DNA from: Carcharhinus longimanus
Taxonomy: Eukaryota
Reading direction: 5' to 3'
Assembly (NCBI GenBank): GCA_030264375.1
Contig: JASCQW010000190.1
Span: 82,045,105 to 82,109,104, forward strand
DNA length: 64,000 bases
Part shown: positions 36,835-50,149 of the stretch, one piece after another
Numbering within the stretch: the stretch's first letter is position 1
How the letters are laid out: every line of letters begins with the position of its first letter
The notes under the pieces: generated by a model
The model's input: only the letters and a program-made list of their open reading frames with translations
What the model was told of the DNA's origin: nothing
The model's database searches: none
Position numbers and translations under genes: made by a program

Positions 36835-39021
36835 TAATTTTCGAGGGAACTTAGAAAAAATCATAATATATTAGGCAGAATCAATATGATCTTATGAAAG
36901 GAAAACATATTTGACAAACCTATTAAAGATTTTTGAGCATGTAACTGACAGGGTAAATGAGGGGGAACCAGTGCATATAGTTATGTTTGGATTTTCAGCA
37001 GACATTCAATAAGGTAACACACAAGATGTTGTTACGTAAGTTAAGGATTCGTGAAGTGGGCATGAAGTGAGAATTGGCTCATGGATTGATGATGGATAGT
37101 AGGAATAAATGAATCATTTTTGATTTGGCAGCTTGTAACAGTTGGCGAGGTGCCAGAATCAGAGCTTGACTTCAGTTGTTTGTTATCAATATCAGTAACT
37201 TAGGTGAGTGTACAGATTGTAATATACCCAAGTTTGCTGATGTTACCAATCAATTGGGAAAGTGAATTGTAAGGAGGACAAAAAGAGGCTCTAAAGGGAT
37301 ATAGATCTGTTAAGTATATGGGAAAGGATGNNNNNNNNNNNNNNNNNNNNNNNNNNATGTGAAATTATCCACTGGACAATAGGAGTAAGAAGAGACCAAT
37401 AAATGTTGGTGTTCATTAGGATTTTGGTTTTCCTGTAGCTGAATCTCAAAAATGAACATATAGGTATAGCAAGCAGGTGGCATTTGCTATGATAGCCTTT
37501 GCTGCGGAGTGTTGGAATATTATAATTACAATTGCTGCAATTATATTGGATATCAATGAGGCAACAGCTGGAGTATTGGAGTTATGATCTCCTTACCAAG
37601 GAAGGGTTTGCATGTCTGAAAGGAAATGCAACAGAGGCTCAACGGATTGAGGGGTTTGTCCTTGAGGAGAGTTTGAGTAAAATGGCTTCTACTCTCTGGA
37701 CTTCAGAAAATGAGATTAAATCACTTTGAAATGTATGAAATTCTTGGAGGTCATAAATTGATTCAAGCTTGGTAGAGAGTCTGAAGCAAGAGATCATAGA
37801 GTCAGAATAAGAGTTCAATGGAGATTTTTTTTCACTCAGAGCATTGAGTCTCTTTGGAATTCAATAACTGGTTGGCCATGAATGCTCAATCATTGAGTAA
37901 GCTGTGATAAATCACAAACGTATCTTTAATTAAAGTTCGGGGGTAGGAACTTCATTTCCTGATGAACCTCAGTTCTCTTGCCCATGTGTCAGCTGGGAAC
38001 TGGGCACACATCCCCAAGTTGGGCATTTTACACACTTCAGGTCAAGGACAAACCCTGTGCACCTGTGCAGAAGAAAAGAAAATGAACAGTGTGGAAATGC
38101 AGATGACGATTTGTGTCCCAGGGAGCAGGTTTTGGAGGGGGACATGGAGAGGTCCCAAAAGGAAGACCCAGGTAGGGGACAAAGACTGGGGCGGGAATAG
38201 GTTCCATTAAGTTAAAAAGGAAGGAGCAGAGTAATAGCCCCCAAATTCTAGGAAGTGCTTCATGGAACAAACTTTAAATGAAGTGGTCAGGAGAGAAATC
38301 AAGATGATCGGAGAAGGCAACCAAAAGTTGATAACTTTTTGTTGCAGGCTGTTGGGGCAAAGATACTCTTTTGGAGTAGAAAAATTTGTCTGGCATGGCT
38401 GAAGATCTGAAACTGTGCTTGGAATGTACTTGTAGATGCAGGGGAAAAGAATCTTGGAAGTGAGATTGAAACCTGCAAGGCGGGGTTTTTGTTGAAACTG
38501 TTTGAGTGGGAGCAACCTTTGGAGAGAATTCCAAGGCAATAATTTCAAAAGTGAAGATTGGAAATCCTCAATAGCCTCACAATGTGACAAACATCTGAGT
38601 TGGTTGTTAAGAGATCCGTCACATCTGAAGTTTATTGTGCAGTGTATGTGTTTGACTACACCTTGCCTGTTAATTCACACGTAATTCATCCTGAATGTTA
38701 GAATATAAAATAGATACTGTTTTATCTTTCTGAACCTTAGTAAAATTTACTTGTTTGTTCAAAATCCATGGTGTATTGTACCTTTATTCATTTAGTAAGT
38801 GTCCTGAATCTCAAACTTAATGTACCATAAAGAAAGTGTCATTGATCCCTAATCAAATCTCCCACCCACTTTGTATTCAAGCCAGAGGTTGATAAATCTT
38901 TTAGATACTAAGGGAACCAAGGCTGATGGAATTAATGTAGCAGATCAGTCACCATACTGAATGGTTGAGCAGGCTTGAGGGGCCATATGACCTACTCCTA
39001 CTTTTAATTCTTATGTTCTTA
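36835..39021 (+). mobile_element. CR1 LINE ORF2 (RT to 3' tail) interrupted by an LTR
   Basis: TNLLKIFE, LDF, KFADVT, LQRDID, LQLY..MRQQLEYW, FFTQ. Tail GCAGGCTTGAGGGGCC..CCTACTCCT..TCTTATGTTCTT. Confidence 0.85.
37903..38873 (+). mobile_element. Solo LTR inserted in CR1
   Basis: Begins TGTGATAA. CR1 sequence is contiguous across it (CATTGAGTA / TATTCAAG). Confidence 0.65.
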
Positions 39022-40143
39022 AGGAAGGGATTTAGTTTCTTCAGTGTACAAAAAAATGTAGTTTTTGACTTCAGGTAGGTAAGTGCCCACTGTGCTGGTG
39101 ACAATCAATACGCTTTCATCCTGTCCACATTCATGACAATTTCATCCTTGGTGACACTTTAGTTTGAAGCCTGTCTAAATCATTGCAGAAGAACTTGAGT
39201 GATAGTCCAGGATTGTCATTACTTACTGTATACTCCACAAAACGACCATCTTGAGGGATTAACCTTTAACACCACCTGGTCAGTAACAAATGTAGAGAAA
39301 GGAAACAGCTTGTAGAGGAGAGGAGGAAGAAGAGTGAAGGGCAATGACCACCAGTTGCACTCCACTGCCTGAACTCACACTCATTGAGGAACATTATACC
39401 TAAATCAATGCTCTCAATCCCCATTCACCAACAGTGCCACAATCCTTATCAGTTTTCTTGTAATCACTATCCAAGCACATTTTTCACTCTATCCTCTTGC
39501 CCTCATTTCACTTCAAAGCAAAAAACTAACATCAAATCCAGAGCAGAAAATTATCAAATAAGCATGCTCAAAACATATCGCCATTGACAAAAAAACTTCT
39601 AACTCACCCTTGTACAAACCCTTAGTGATTGTTCTTTTTTCTTGCTTTGCTTGTTTCCCCAGAGACTACAACATGGAAGGTCCATTGGAAACACATCAGG
39701 TGTGGCCTTGAGCAGCTGCGAGCCTGGGCTACAGCAGTTTAGCCTAACTGGTTGCCTGGCACTAACAAGCATATGGGAAGAGTGGCTGGCAGCAGATACC
39801 TCCCCCAGGGAGCCAAGGCCATTCTCTAGGAGGGAGAAAATTAGAGCCATGACAAGAGTGCAAAAAAAGGTTCTCTGAAATCAAATCAGGAATGAAAAAT
39901 TATAGATATGAATTTGCTTTAATGCATGAAACTTTTTCACTTTCACTGGGTTTCTTCATTAATAGATCAACATAACACTGATAAAGGCTGCAAAAAAGTA
40001 TTTTTCCCTGGTATTCGAAGATCTTCAACTGAAATTATAATATGAGATTGGAAGTCTTGCACCAGATATTTCTACTGATTTGCTAACTGTTACTTGTTTT
40101 ATTAAGTTAATTTTATTTATTAAGTTTTTTGCTAACTCTCAGT

Positions 40144-40333
40144 TGCAGCCCAGTAATAAAGGTTAATGTAAGTCCAGCTTCTTCACAAACTTACTTTATT
40201 ACAACTCCACACATACACACCTAACACCCAGTGCCCCTTGTAAACCCCTTTTTATATCCCAGTGAGTGCTATTAAACAATTAGCATAAAAATTAGGTCTA
40301 AAATGGAAGGTTGCAATTAACCCATTCCTAACA
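40144..40333 (-). mobile_element. Short probable solo LTR
   Basis: TG...TAACA ends, TTTATT at ~40196 and TTTTATA at ~40251 (poly-A signal and TATA box on the minus strand). Confidence 0.45.
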
Positions 40334-41014
40334 CTAACAAGGGGGGTAATATTTAGAATTTTTGCACTGACTGATGATGAAGTATAGGCTGTAACACCAC
40401 TTGAAAGGGAATAAAATTAAAACTTGGTCATGAAGAATGTTAAAGGACACAGGAATAGGGCTGGTAACTGGGATTAGATAGATGGCTTCAATTAGTATTG
40501 GCATTCATTCAATGGGCCAAATTCTGTGCTTTGGTTACCTAAGGGTAAATGATTTCTTTCACACAGCCTGCTTATACATATAGAGGAGCTGAAAGTGGGC
40601 TAACAATACAAATTATGGGCTACCAGATAGAAATGAATCATTTCCTTTTACTCAGGACATTCACATACAGGAACTGACATTGAGACACAAACGAGCAGTA
40701 CAGTAGCAAATAGGAGCGAATTATCTATACCATTTGCTGGAGGTAATTATAGGTTAGAACAGCCTTACTGTCGCTCAACCATACATTCCCATCATGAATG
40801 TAAAATGCAACAGGGTAGAATGGATAAATGATGGGACAATGTAAAAACAAAATAATAAATCAATGAATTATTATAATTCTAAAGCCTGCCAGTGTAATGC
40901 AAACATAAATACCTGTTCATATTTCACTCCACTAACAGTGTGGGGCTGTAGCATATTATTGATAACCACAATTTCAACATGGTAACCAGGAAGCTGGTAT
41001 AGTTCTCAGTTCAG

Positions 41015-41460
41015 CCACCCTCTCAGCTTATTGGTTAAATACACCCTCTGGTATGTTGCACAAAACCTGGTGTTGTCAGACTTCTTACTATGTTGCACAC
41101 AAAGCAGGAAATTCCGAATGTGCGCTGAACTTGCTGATCTCAGTTAGAACAGAGAACAGAGTTACAATTAGCAATGGAGTGAGAATAGGGAAAAATCAGT
41201 AAGGGGTCTCACATATGATCATCACTGAGGAAATCCTACTGGAGAGGCGTGCTAGATTTTCCCTCTGAGCAGTGGCCAGCAACAGGTGTCAGGGTTAACC
41301 AGTTGCTCAACAGCTCCGACGTAAGGCACAATTCACTTCAAGGACCTGGCCTCGTTGACCTAGGGCTGCAGGCATTGGGTGAAAAATAGAGCTCTGGAGC
41401 AGGCTGGTGTAATATTGTGAAACTATACCCCAGCATCAGGCAGCAGAGGGGAGAAAACTG
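41015..41460 (+). mobile_element. Old tRNA-derived SINE (recurrent family)
   Basis: GCTGAACTTGCTGATCTCAG..GGGAAAAATCAG..AACTATACCCCAGCA..GAGGGGAGAAAA. Confidence 0.6.
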
Positions 41461-42839
41461 GGCGCTAAAGTCATTTGACTTAATTTGGGATAGGAAACCA
41501 TGGCTGCCATCACTGCTGAGGAATTACAAAGAAGTTATTTAATATGTGCAGGGGCGCCACATGGTGCTCTGACAGGTGCACATAAATTACTTGAAGCACT
41601 GAGTCAACGATGCTGTTGGTCTCAAACTGACCACGTTCTGAGTCTTGCTGCTGCTCAGCTTACCCTTCTTTGTGTGAACTCTGCTTGCAGGGAAATGGCT
41701 GACAACTCACACACAAAATCCCAAGCAAGGCAGCCAGCTGGCTAATTATGGTACAATGTGAGCAAGACGAGGGATTATCTTCAGGAAGGATTGTTACTGG
41801 GAAAGCTTAGGTAGGTAAGTAACTGATTTGTGTAGCTGAAAACCATCTAATAAATGAAACAGCAGTGTTTCCCAGTGATTCTTTCTGCCTTAATATTCTC
41901 TTGAGCATGGATGAATTGCTCGCTCTCTCATCAGGTGCACATTACAAAATTAAGCTTGACTGCAGCAAATCTGAGTGCAGATTGAATAGTTTTACCGTTT
42001 GGCTTAAGATTTCATTTGCAGAACATTATTAAGCTGTGAAAACAAACACTGCTTGATGCGCATGCATCTTTCCAAGCCGGGTGGGGGGGATGGGGGTGGG
42101 GGGTTGCGTGGCGGGAGGGGTGGATTTTCCTCCTCCTTTGACCTCTGTCACTTACACCTGCTCCCTTGTCCTAATCAACTCTTCTCCCACCATGACTTCT
42201 GAAGCTTAAACAGCTGGAATATTTGGTTTGTGAAGCATCCTCTCATTGCTAATGTTTGTAGAGTTTCAATTTCAGGGTGGTCAATACGAATATTATAAAC
42301 ATGATGTTTCCTGAGGAGTTGAACCAGTGAGGGGGAGGGTATGATTTCAATGTTGTAACCCAAGGTTAAAAACAAACAGATTCCTAACTACTGCATAAGA
42401 AACATAAGGATTTTTCAAATCAGAAAAATGCCGTTGGTGCTGAACAAGCTTTTCCTGATCTGCCTTCTCACCATGTCCATTTTCCCAAGGGGAGACAGAG
42501 AGACAGAGAAGTGATACATGGGTATTGGCGTTCTCTGGAGCTGCTGCCACTCCATAATTGAGCCAGAACTGCAATGGAAAACCTGATGCCAAATGAAGGG
42601 CAGTTTTGTGCCAACTATGAACTACTTTATAATGGTACTCAAAGGATGGCTCGAAGTAATTTTCATTTCATCAGGTGAATGTCAAGAAGGTCAAGTACTG
42701 TGTGAAACAGAACAAAGGCAGGGATTATGGCTTCAATTCTGATCTTTGCTGCTGATTAAATATTGGATAATTCTAGCAATTAATAGCACCATATCATAAA
42801 TTGCACAAGTAAAGGCAAAGATTGCCTCTCATTTAGTAT

Positions 42840-42975
42840 CAGCTTCATGGTAGCAATATTACTTTGATCAGAAATTGCACTAGGACTAATCTTATATTAC
42901 AGACTGACAATTCAATGGAATGTTGAAGAAGGCATCAACCTTAAATGAGAGTTTGAACTGATTTTCCTTTGAATG
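42840..42975 (+). mobile_element. Deu-type SINE head fragment, very decayed
   Basis: TGGTAGCA..TCAGAA..AGACTGACA..ATGAGAGTTTGAAC, collinear with 4891 and 57636. Confidence 0.4.
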
Positions 42976-43499
42976 ACCGGCTTTCCCTTGCAATTNNNNN
43001 NNNNNNNNNNNNNNNNNNNNNNNNNNNNNNNNNNNNNNNNNNNNNNNNNNNNNNNNNNNNNNNNNNNNNNNNNNNNNNNNNNNNNNNNNNNNNNNNNNNN
43101 NNNNNNNNNNNNNNNNNNNNNNNNNNNNNNNNNATGTTCATAGTCGAGGAGCCCAGCCAATTGTATGATGGGGATCGGTTGAAAATTGTCAAGCCCACTG
43201 TCACCTCATGGGGTTGTGGGTCCGGGCACTATATTTAATCAGCGTCCAGGTTGGCATTCAGTGTCTGCAAGACAGCAACATTGGCCTGACTGTCTGAAAG
43301 GATGTGGTGCTCCTCCCTCCTTTCTTGCCAAACCTGGGTCACAATATGAACTCAACCTCAATGCTACCACTACTAAATTGATTTGTCCGACTGATATGCA
43401 GCTAATGTTTCCCATTATTATTGCAGAACATTTCTTTCAGTTCCTATTAATTCTTGACCCATACCCTATCCTAAAGTATAGCTAGTGTCCATGGGTCTA

Positions 43500-44000
43500 T
43501 AAACTACTCCTGTCAGTGACTTCTTTCCTTTGCAGTTTTCTCTTAACTACTTCTACATCTTGATCTTCTGAACTAAGATCATTTTTCACTACAGCACAAT
43601 CTCATCTTTCTTTTAAAAAGCTATCCTAACTCCTATGTTCCAAAATGTCACATATTCTTGAATATTCAGCACTCAGCATTGTCACTTTGTAACTACATCA
43701 TTATAATTGCTCTGTCATATTATATTGAGCTATATCTATTTGTGCACCTTCTTATGAAGATAAAGAGCCTTTTTACATTTTTATCCCTACCCTAGCCTTT
43801 TTTTCCCTGTTGCAGTCTTATATTTATAAGTTCATTCCCTTCTTATCACATTCTGGTTATCATTCCCTTATTTTGTTATCCTGCACTATTGCCATGTCCT
43901 TTCTCTTTAACTTTCTAATTCTCCCCTCACATAAACCCTCATCCCACTATTTAGTTTCAAGCCCTCAATGCAGCCCAGCCAAGGTATATGATCTGTGTAC
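43500..44000 (-). mobile_element. CR1 LINE fragment (ORF1/ORF2 junction and endonuclease start)
   Basis: Minus strand GAGGGCTTGAAACTAAATAGTGG and GTGCTGAATATTCAAGAATATG (LNIQEY). Confidence 0.5.
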
Positions 44001-44184
44001 CACCATGACTGCCCTGGAATTGGGGTAGCATACCTCGTAAAATGGCCTTCTCTGCTGGTCTTCGACAGGATCTTATGAGCCTCGGGCAGATGAGGCAGTA
44101 AAATTTTGGCACAGCTCTCAGCTCTCATTGTGCCTTTCTCTCATAATACTCTTCATTCTGTAAAGCAAATCAGCACTTCTGTTC

Positions 44185-45475
44185 ATTTACAGGCTATAGA
44201 CATCACTGGCTAGGTCAGCATTTATTGCCCACCTCTAATTGCACTTGAGAAAGCGATGGTCAGCTGTCCTCTTGAAATAGTGAAGTTCATGTGATATAGA
44301 TACACCCACAGTATTGTCAGTGCTTGGAGGGAAACTTCCAGATGGTGGTGCCCCCATATGTGTGCTGCCCTTGTCCTCCTAGATGGTCGTAGTTGTGGGT
44401 TTGGAAGATGCTGCTGAAGCAGCCTTGGTGAGTTCCTGCAGAACTCTTGTAGATGGTACACTCTGCTGCCACTGCCCGTTGGTGGTGGTGGGTGCCAATC
44501 AAGTGGGCTGTTTTGTCTTGGATGGTGTCAGCTTCTTGTATGTTTTTGGAGCTATACCAATCCAGGCAAGTGGGGAGTATTCCATCACACTCCTGACTTA
44601 TGCCTTGTAGATGCGAGCAACACTGGCTACTCCTCATCCCTAATTACTCTTAAGAATGTGGTGATGAGTCGCCTTCTAGAAGTGTTGAAGTCCATGCAGT
44701 GGACATACACTCAGAACACTGTCAGTAAGGAGTTCAAGGATTTTGACCCAGTGACAATGAAGCAACAGTTCTAAGTCAGGGTGTTTTGTGGCTTGGAGGG
44801 GAACTGCTCTCAGGGGAACATACATCTGCTTCCTTTCCCTAGGTGGTAGAGGTCACAGGCTTGGAAAATGTTGTCAAAGAAGCCTTGCTGCATTCCTAGC
44901 TGCAGTGCATTCTATAGAAGGTATACAGTGCTATAACTGGTGGAGGGAATGAATGTTTAAGGTGGTGGCTGGGATGCCAATCAATCAGGCTGCTTTGTTG
45001 TAAATGGTGTCAAGCTCCTTGAGGGGTTGTTGGAGCTGCATTCAGCCTGGGAAGTGGAGAGTTTTCCATCACATTCCTACCTAGTGCCTTGTTGATAATG
45101 AACTGGCTTTGGGGAATCAGGAGGTGAGTTACTCTGCACAGAATCCCGAGACTTTAGCCACTGGCTAGCCCAGTTCAGTTTCTAGCCAATAGTAATGCCC
45201 ACTGTGTTGATGGTGGGGGATTCACCAATGGTAATACCATTGAATGTCAAAGGGAGATGGTTGACTTCTCTGNNNNNNNNNNNNNNNNNNNNNNNNNNNN
45301 NNNNNNNNNNNNNNNNNNNNNNNNNNNNNNNNNNNNNNNNNNNNNNNNNNNNNNNNNNNNNNNNNNNNNNNNATGGTTGACTTCTCTGTTAATGGAGTTG
45401 GCCATTTGCCTGGCACTATGGGGAATGAAAGTTACTTGCCATTTATCAGCCTGACCTTGAATATTGTCCATGTCA
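44185..45475 (-). mobile_element. CR1-group LINE family B, two tandem 3' fragments (44185-44615 and 44620-45475)
   Basis: YKA.VRSVMEYSPLAW, DTIQDK, ADKWQVTFIPH. Two copies of the same 3' region. Confidence 0.85.
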
Positions 45476-45834
45476 GAATGCTGGAGAGCTACAAATGAAT
45501 GCATCAACGATTAGTTTCTCTTCTATGGTATTAGGATTAAACCTCTGTTTCAGGCACTATGAGGTCTATAGTACTGAAGTCAGTTCCTCTCCATAATGAG
45601 TCTGTGCACCCAATCACAGAACATTATCTGTACTTGCCACAAGACCACCCTAAGTAGATCATCTGAACTTAGAAATTCAGTCAGATTTGGCTGTACTCAG
45701 GAAGAGCAGTGACAGTAAAATCTTTACTAATACATTTTCAGAAAAAGAAAAGAATATAGCAGATTAGCACTAAATAAAACATCAGATTTGTCTGGGCAGT
45801 TTGAATTTTTAAATTACTTTTATGAGTTAACCTC

Positions 45835-46215
45835 TGTTGATGGTTCACTGAGTAAATGCATTACTTGTTGAGTCATTCCATTCAGCGCATTGGCAGGATC
45901 AATTCCCAATCACAGCTGAGTCAACTAGACACAGCTTGGGTGGTGGGGTCCAGTGGACTTTGCTCACATAAGCTGGGTAAAGTTGGAGAAAATAGTGCAG
46001 CATTTTGTTCCTGTCACTATGCAGTGACTCCTGCAGTTTATTGGGTGAGAAAATGTAGTTTCGCTGTGTGGCTCCTTGTGATAACAGACCCTGCTGACAC
46101 TAATTGTCAGGATTCACACGTGAAGACCAACAATTTACCTATGGCACGAAAGAACTGTCAGGACCTGTGAACTACCAGCAAGTGTCAGAACCATGAGGAG
46201 GGAGAAGAAGAAATC
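45835..46215 (+). mobile_element. Old tRNA-derived SINE (recurrent family)
   Basis: TCACTATGCAGTGACTCCTGC..CCTGCTGACACTAATTGTCAGGATTCACACGTGAAGA..GAGGAGGGAGAAGAA. Confidence 0.55.
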
Positions 46216-46799
46216 ACAGGGAAATTAAAGAGATCCTGTCCAGTGGAGACAGAAATCTTTATTTTAAATGCTTGGTATCAGGTGTGCTGGGTACTTCCTC
46301 TCCTGATTAAGACCCCCCCAGCAGAGAGTAGCTATCACTGCACCATGTGGACAGACATTTGACATCAGTCCATTGATGCTTCTCTCTGGCGACTTCCTCA
46401 GGATATATTAGCTCTCCTTTGAGGCTGTGTAATTGTTACTGTTTATTTAAAGCATATTGAACAAACGTTATTAGCACAAGGAGTTGCTGAGAGCAACACT
46501 GAATTCTTTACACATTGTAATTAGGAGCTTTAGATGGCAAGGATGCAAACACACAACGGCTGCTTGTGGTGTCATGCTGAGACAATTAGCAGTCCCCTGA
46601 CAGGACCACTGGAGTGGCAGCGGAAGGGAGAAGAGGACTCCACAGCCTTCAAGGGAACATTCTGCTTAATTGCCAATCATCACAAGAAAATCTGTCGCTT
46701 CCCAATCTGATTTTAATGTGCAATTTCCCCTTCTTCTACATGCAGAGGCTTCAGTTACAGTATCCTGGAATTTCCTTCCTAAATGTATCTGTTTTCCAG

Positions 46800-46985
46800 G
46801 AATTTGAGTAGGGACAATGAGGAATGGTTAATATTTTTTTCTGTGGTGTATGATTTGGAGAGGAACTGCCGATGATAGTATTCCCATATGTTTGCTGTCC
46901 TTGCTCTTTCTTCAAGGTGGTAAGGTGTACATGTATGGAAGGTATTGCTGAAGGAGCTTTGGGAAGTTGCTGTAGTGCATACCTC
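46800..46985 (-). mobile_element. CR1-group LINE family B fragment
   Basis: TTCCCATATGTTTGCTGTCCTTG..GAAGGTATTGCTGAAGGAGC..GTTGCTGTAGTGCAT matches 44.3-44.5 kb. Confidence 0.7.
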
Positions 46986-47472
46986 ACTTCTTCTTATAAA
47001 GCTTTCGTGTGGCCTCCCTTGCACTCCACTGATACAGTACCCAACCCTCAGTGATACCTGAAATAAATCCAGTGGTTCCCAAAAATGGAAGATGTTTTTT
47101 TCAATGTTACTTCCTTCAACTTTCTCCCTGTGTGGTTAGTTGGGGTGGGGATTGAGGGGTGGTATGGGGATGGGGGCAGTGATGGTGGGGGTACAGGTGT
47201 TCAGTGGCTAGTGGCGGGTGGGGGCCAGAGTGCACGGGGCAGCGCGATGGTCCGGGGGTTGGTGTTAGCTGGAGAGGTTGTCAGGGGGAACAGTGGGAAA
47301 ACTTAAGTGGCGGGTATTGTCAGGAGGTGGTTGAGGGGCAGTTGAGGGCAGGAGTAGTTGAAGCGAGAGTAGTCATGGGTAGTGTAGTCGGAGTGGGTGA
47401 ATAATCAAGTGAGGTTAGCGAGGGTCCCATGGAGGGTTGGGTGATAGGGAGGGCTTTCAGGGATGGTGTTTC

Positions 47473-47830
47473 GGGATCAGGAGCTGTTCCTTAATGACAT
47501 GGCCACTCATGTAATTCTGTGCGGAATCTTTGCACTATAGCAGATGAGAGCTGCAATACCTGCCACAGGTCCACCCAGTGACCATTGAACAGGCCATTGG
47601 GCTGCTCAGATAAAATTCACATACCTAGACTGATCAAGGGGAGCCCTTCATACATAATCCGGTGAGGTTCTCTTGTATTATTTGGACAAACTAGGATGCA
47701 GAGGGGGGAGGTCGTGCATCATGAGAACATCAGGGATCATCACTCCTAATCCGATGAGGAAGATGTGAAGTATGTTGCTGAGTCAGAGGCACAGCATGAG
47801 GAGTCTTGTCATATCTTAATTATAATCCAC
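47473..47830 (+). pseudogene. HARBI1-like DDE transposase C-terminal remnant
   Basis: LMTW.., ADESCNTCHRST / VTIEQAIGLL (cf. YN..H..TR..IE..IG.LK), YLD.SRGAL. Frameshifted. Confidence 0.8.
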
Positions 47831-48227
47831 AATGGAACCTTCCAGATACTGGCCAATTTGTAATACCAAACCTCAGATGGCTTGTGGCAGCCATATTAAG
47901 TAAGTAATTTTGCATGTTTTTTTAAAAATCCCTTGTAAAGCATATATATTTGACCAGCCACTGAAATTAGATCTGTATCACACATGCACATGTCATATCA
48001 TTGTGACAAGATGTACAACGGAGGCTTGAGACATTCTCATAGATGCTCACTTCCTGTCACCCTGATGCCCTTCAACGTCAGTACAACAAAGACTCAGTAC
48101 AATGCATATTGGCCATCACCCCATCATCCAGCACCCAGGTTCACATAGCTGAGGAGCTGACAAAATACTGCCAATTCTAACACTAGCAGCCTAATGAGGG
48201 AGCAAGATTGTAAATGACATCTAACAA

Positions 48228-48770
48228 TAGATTCATGGAATCATAAAGGTAAACAGCACAGAGAAAGGCCCTTCAGTCCATTGTGTCTGCGCCAGTCAAA
48301 TACAAGCCATCAAATCTTTCTAATCCCAATTCTAGCACTTGGCCCATTGCCTTGTACGCTTTGGCATTGCAAATGCACATCAAAATGCTTCTTAGATGTT
48401 ATGAGAGTCTCTGCCTCCATCATCCTTTCAGGCAATGAATTCCAGACTCCCACCACCCTCTGGGTGAAAAGGTTTTTCCTCATATCCCCTCTAAACCTCC
48501 TGCCCCTTATCTTAAATCTATGGCCTCTGGTCATTGATCCCTCCATCATAATTTTATACATCTCAATTATGCCTCTCTCAGTCTCCTCTGCTCCAAGGAA
48601 AACAACCCCAGTCTATCCAATCTCTCTTCATAACCAAAACTCTGCAGCTCAGCCAATGTCTTGGTAAGTCTCCTCTGCACCCTTCCCAGTGCTATCACAT
48701 CCCTACTGTAATGTGGATTCCAGAACTGTGCACAATACTCTACCTGAGGCCTAACCAATGTTTTATATAG
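48228..48770 (-). mobile_element. CR1/HER1 LINE 3' fragment
   Basis: VRPQVEYCAQFWNPHY..LGLFSLEQRRLR; TRGHRFKIRG..FTQRVVGVWNSLP. Confidence 0.92.
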
Positions 48771-49918
48771 GCAATAAGTCTTGCATGGATGAATAATGGC
48801 AGTCAGTTGATATAGCTACATTTGTCCCACTGTGTCAAAGCTTAACAAATGCAAAGTCTAAATACCTAAGAACCCCTTAGGTGCCCTTTTTAACATACTG
48901 CCAAGTGCTCCTATGAGCAACAACACCTCTGCTTACAGCTAAAGTGGAGGCAGGCTGATAGTTGTGCTACCCTGTGATCTGGGATGACTTTGGTGGCCAT
49001 CCTTGAGCTACCTGAGGCTTGGAGGGCTCCAGAACACTGATGGGCTGTCTGTTATCACAGCCACTGGAGGCTGTGGGGTCACTGGTAGACGGGGTAAAAG
49101 AGCCACTGTCCACACTCAGAATACCCTGAAAGTAGTCCCTTGGTATGGAAGGAACTGCTCATTAAGTACACTTGTATCCCTCTGCTTATCTGCGGAGGCT
49201 AAGGAGTTGATGGGAGTTCTAGGTACCTTGTTCCCCACTTGCCTTGTCACTGCTGCATTGTGTTTATGCGGGTGTGTACATCTTCCTCGCATTCATTCAC
49301 TGGTCTGCTCGATCTGCCTCTCCGTGAGTGTTTCCAGCCTCTCAGTGGAGGGAAAGATGTATGCAAATCCTTGAAACATGATAGCGCTCATAGTACGGAT
49401 GTACTCCTCCTCCTTATAGCCATGTTGGTCTGGCAGCTTCAACAGATGTTCCCCTGCCTGTCACTGGAACTGCAGTAGCTTATATGCTGTCAACACCAGC
49501 ATCTTGGCAGCAGCCTGGGGCTCAGCATGAACCTGGCCTTTCTGTTCTCTAACAGTCTGTGCCCTCAATTGTCACACCCTCCATCAGCTGTGGCCCTGAA
49601 TCTAATCATAGATATCCACTGATGTTAGGGTTCTGAGTTGGTCAAGGGTAGAGGAGAATGATGTGATGGTGGACTCTCTGAAGACTTCTCTTCCCATTCA
49701 CAGATAGACTACTGGCCCCTGTTCTTGTGGATTACCGCCCTTTGGGATTACTGAGACCTGCATGTGAGAACATAAACTGTGCTTGGTGTTAAGATCAACA
49801 TAAGCACTGCACCTCATGTGTCACCCTGACGCCCCTTTGTGCTTCTTGGATAGACACTTCTGTCTCACAATCGGTAAATGTATGGTCACCCTGTGACCCA
49901 GCAAGTTTCAAGGCTGCC

Positions 49919-50149
49919 TCCTCTGACAGTAAGAAATCTCACAACACCAGCTTAAAGTCCAACAATTTTATTTGTAGCAAACGTCCCAAGCTTTCAGAAC
50001 ACGTTGTTCCTTCGTCAGGGAACAACATGTTTCGAAAGCTTGGGGCGTTTGCTACAAATAAACTTGTTGGACTTTAAGCTGGTGTTGTGAGATTTCTTTC
50101 TGTTTTACCCCAGTCCAACGCTGGCATCTCCACATCATCCTCTGACAGT
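49919..50149. mobile_element. Penelope-like element, short inverted pLTR insertion with TSD
   Basis: 85-bp inverted arms 49926-50010 and 50019-50103 (6 mismatches), 8-nt spacer, 3' tail CCCCAGTCCAACGCTGGCATCTCCACATCA, 12-bp direct repeat TCCTCTGACAGT at 49919-49930 and 50138-50149. Confidence 0.85.
49984..50023 (-). ncRNA. Minimal type I hammerhead ribozyme motif (Penelope-associated)
   Basis: Minus strand GUUCC-CUGACGA-A-GGAACA-ACG-UGUUCU-GAAA-GCU-U-GGGAC: complete core, 6-bp stem II, palindromic AGCU stem III, 5-bp stem I. Activity is not shown. Confidence 0.65.
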
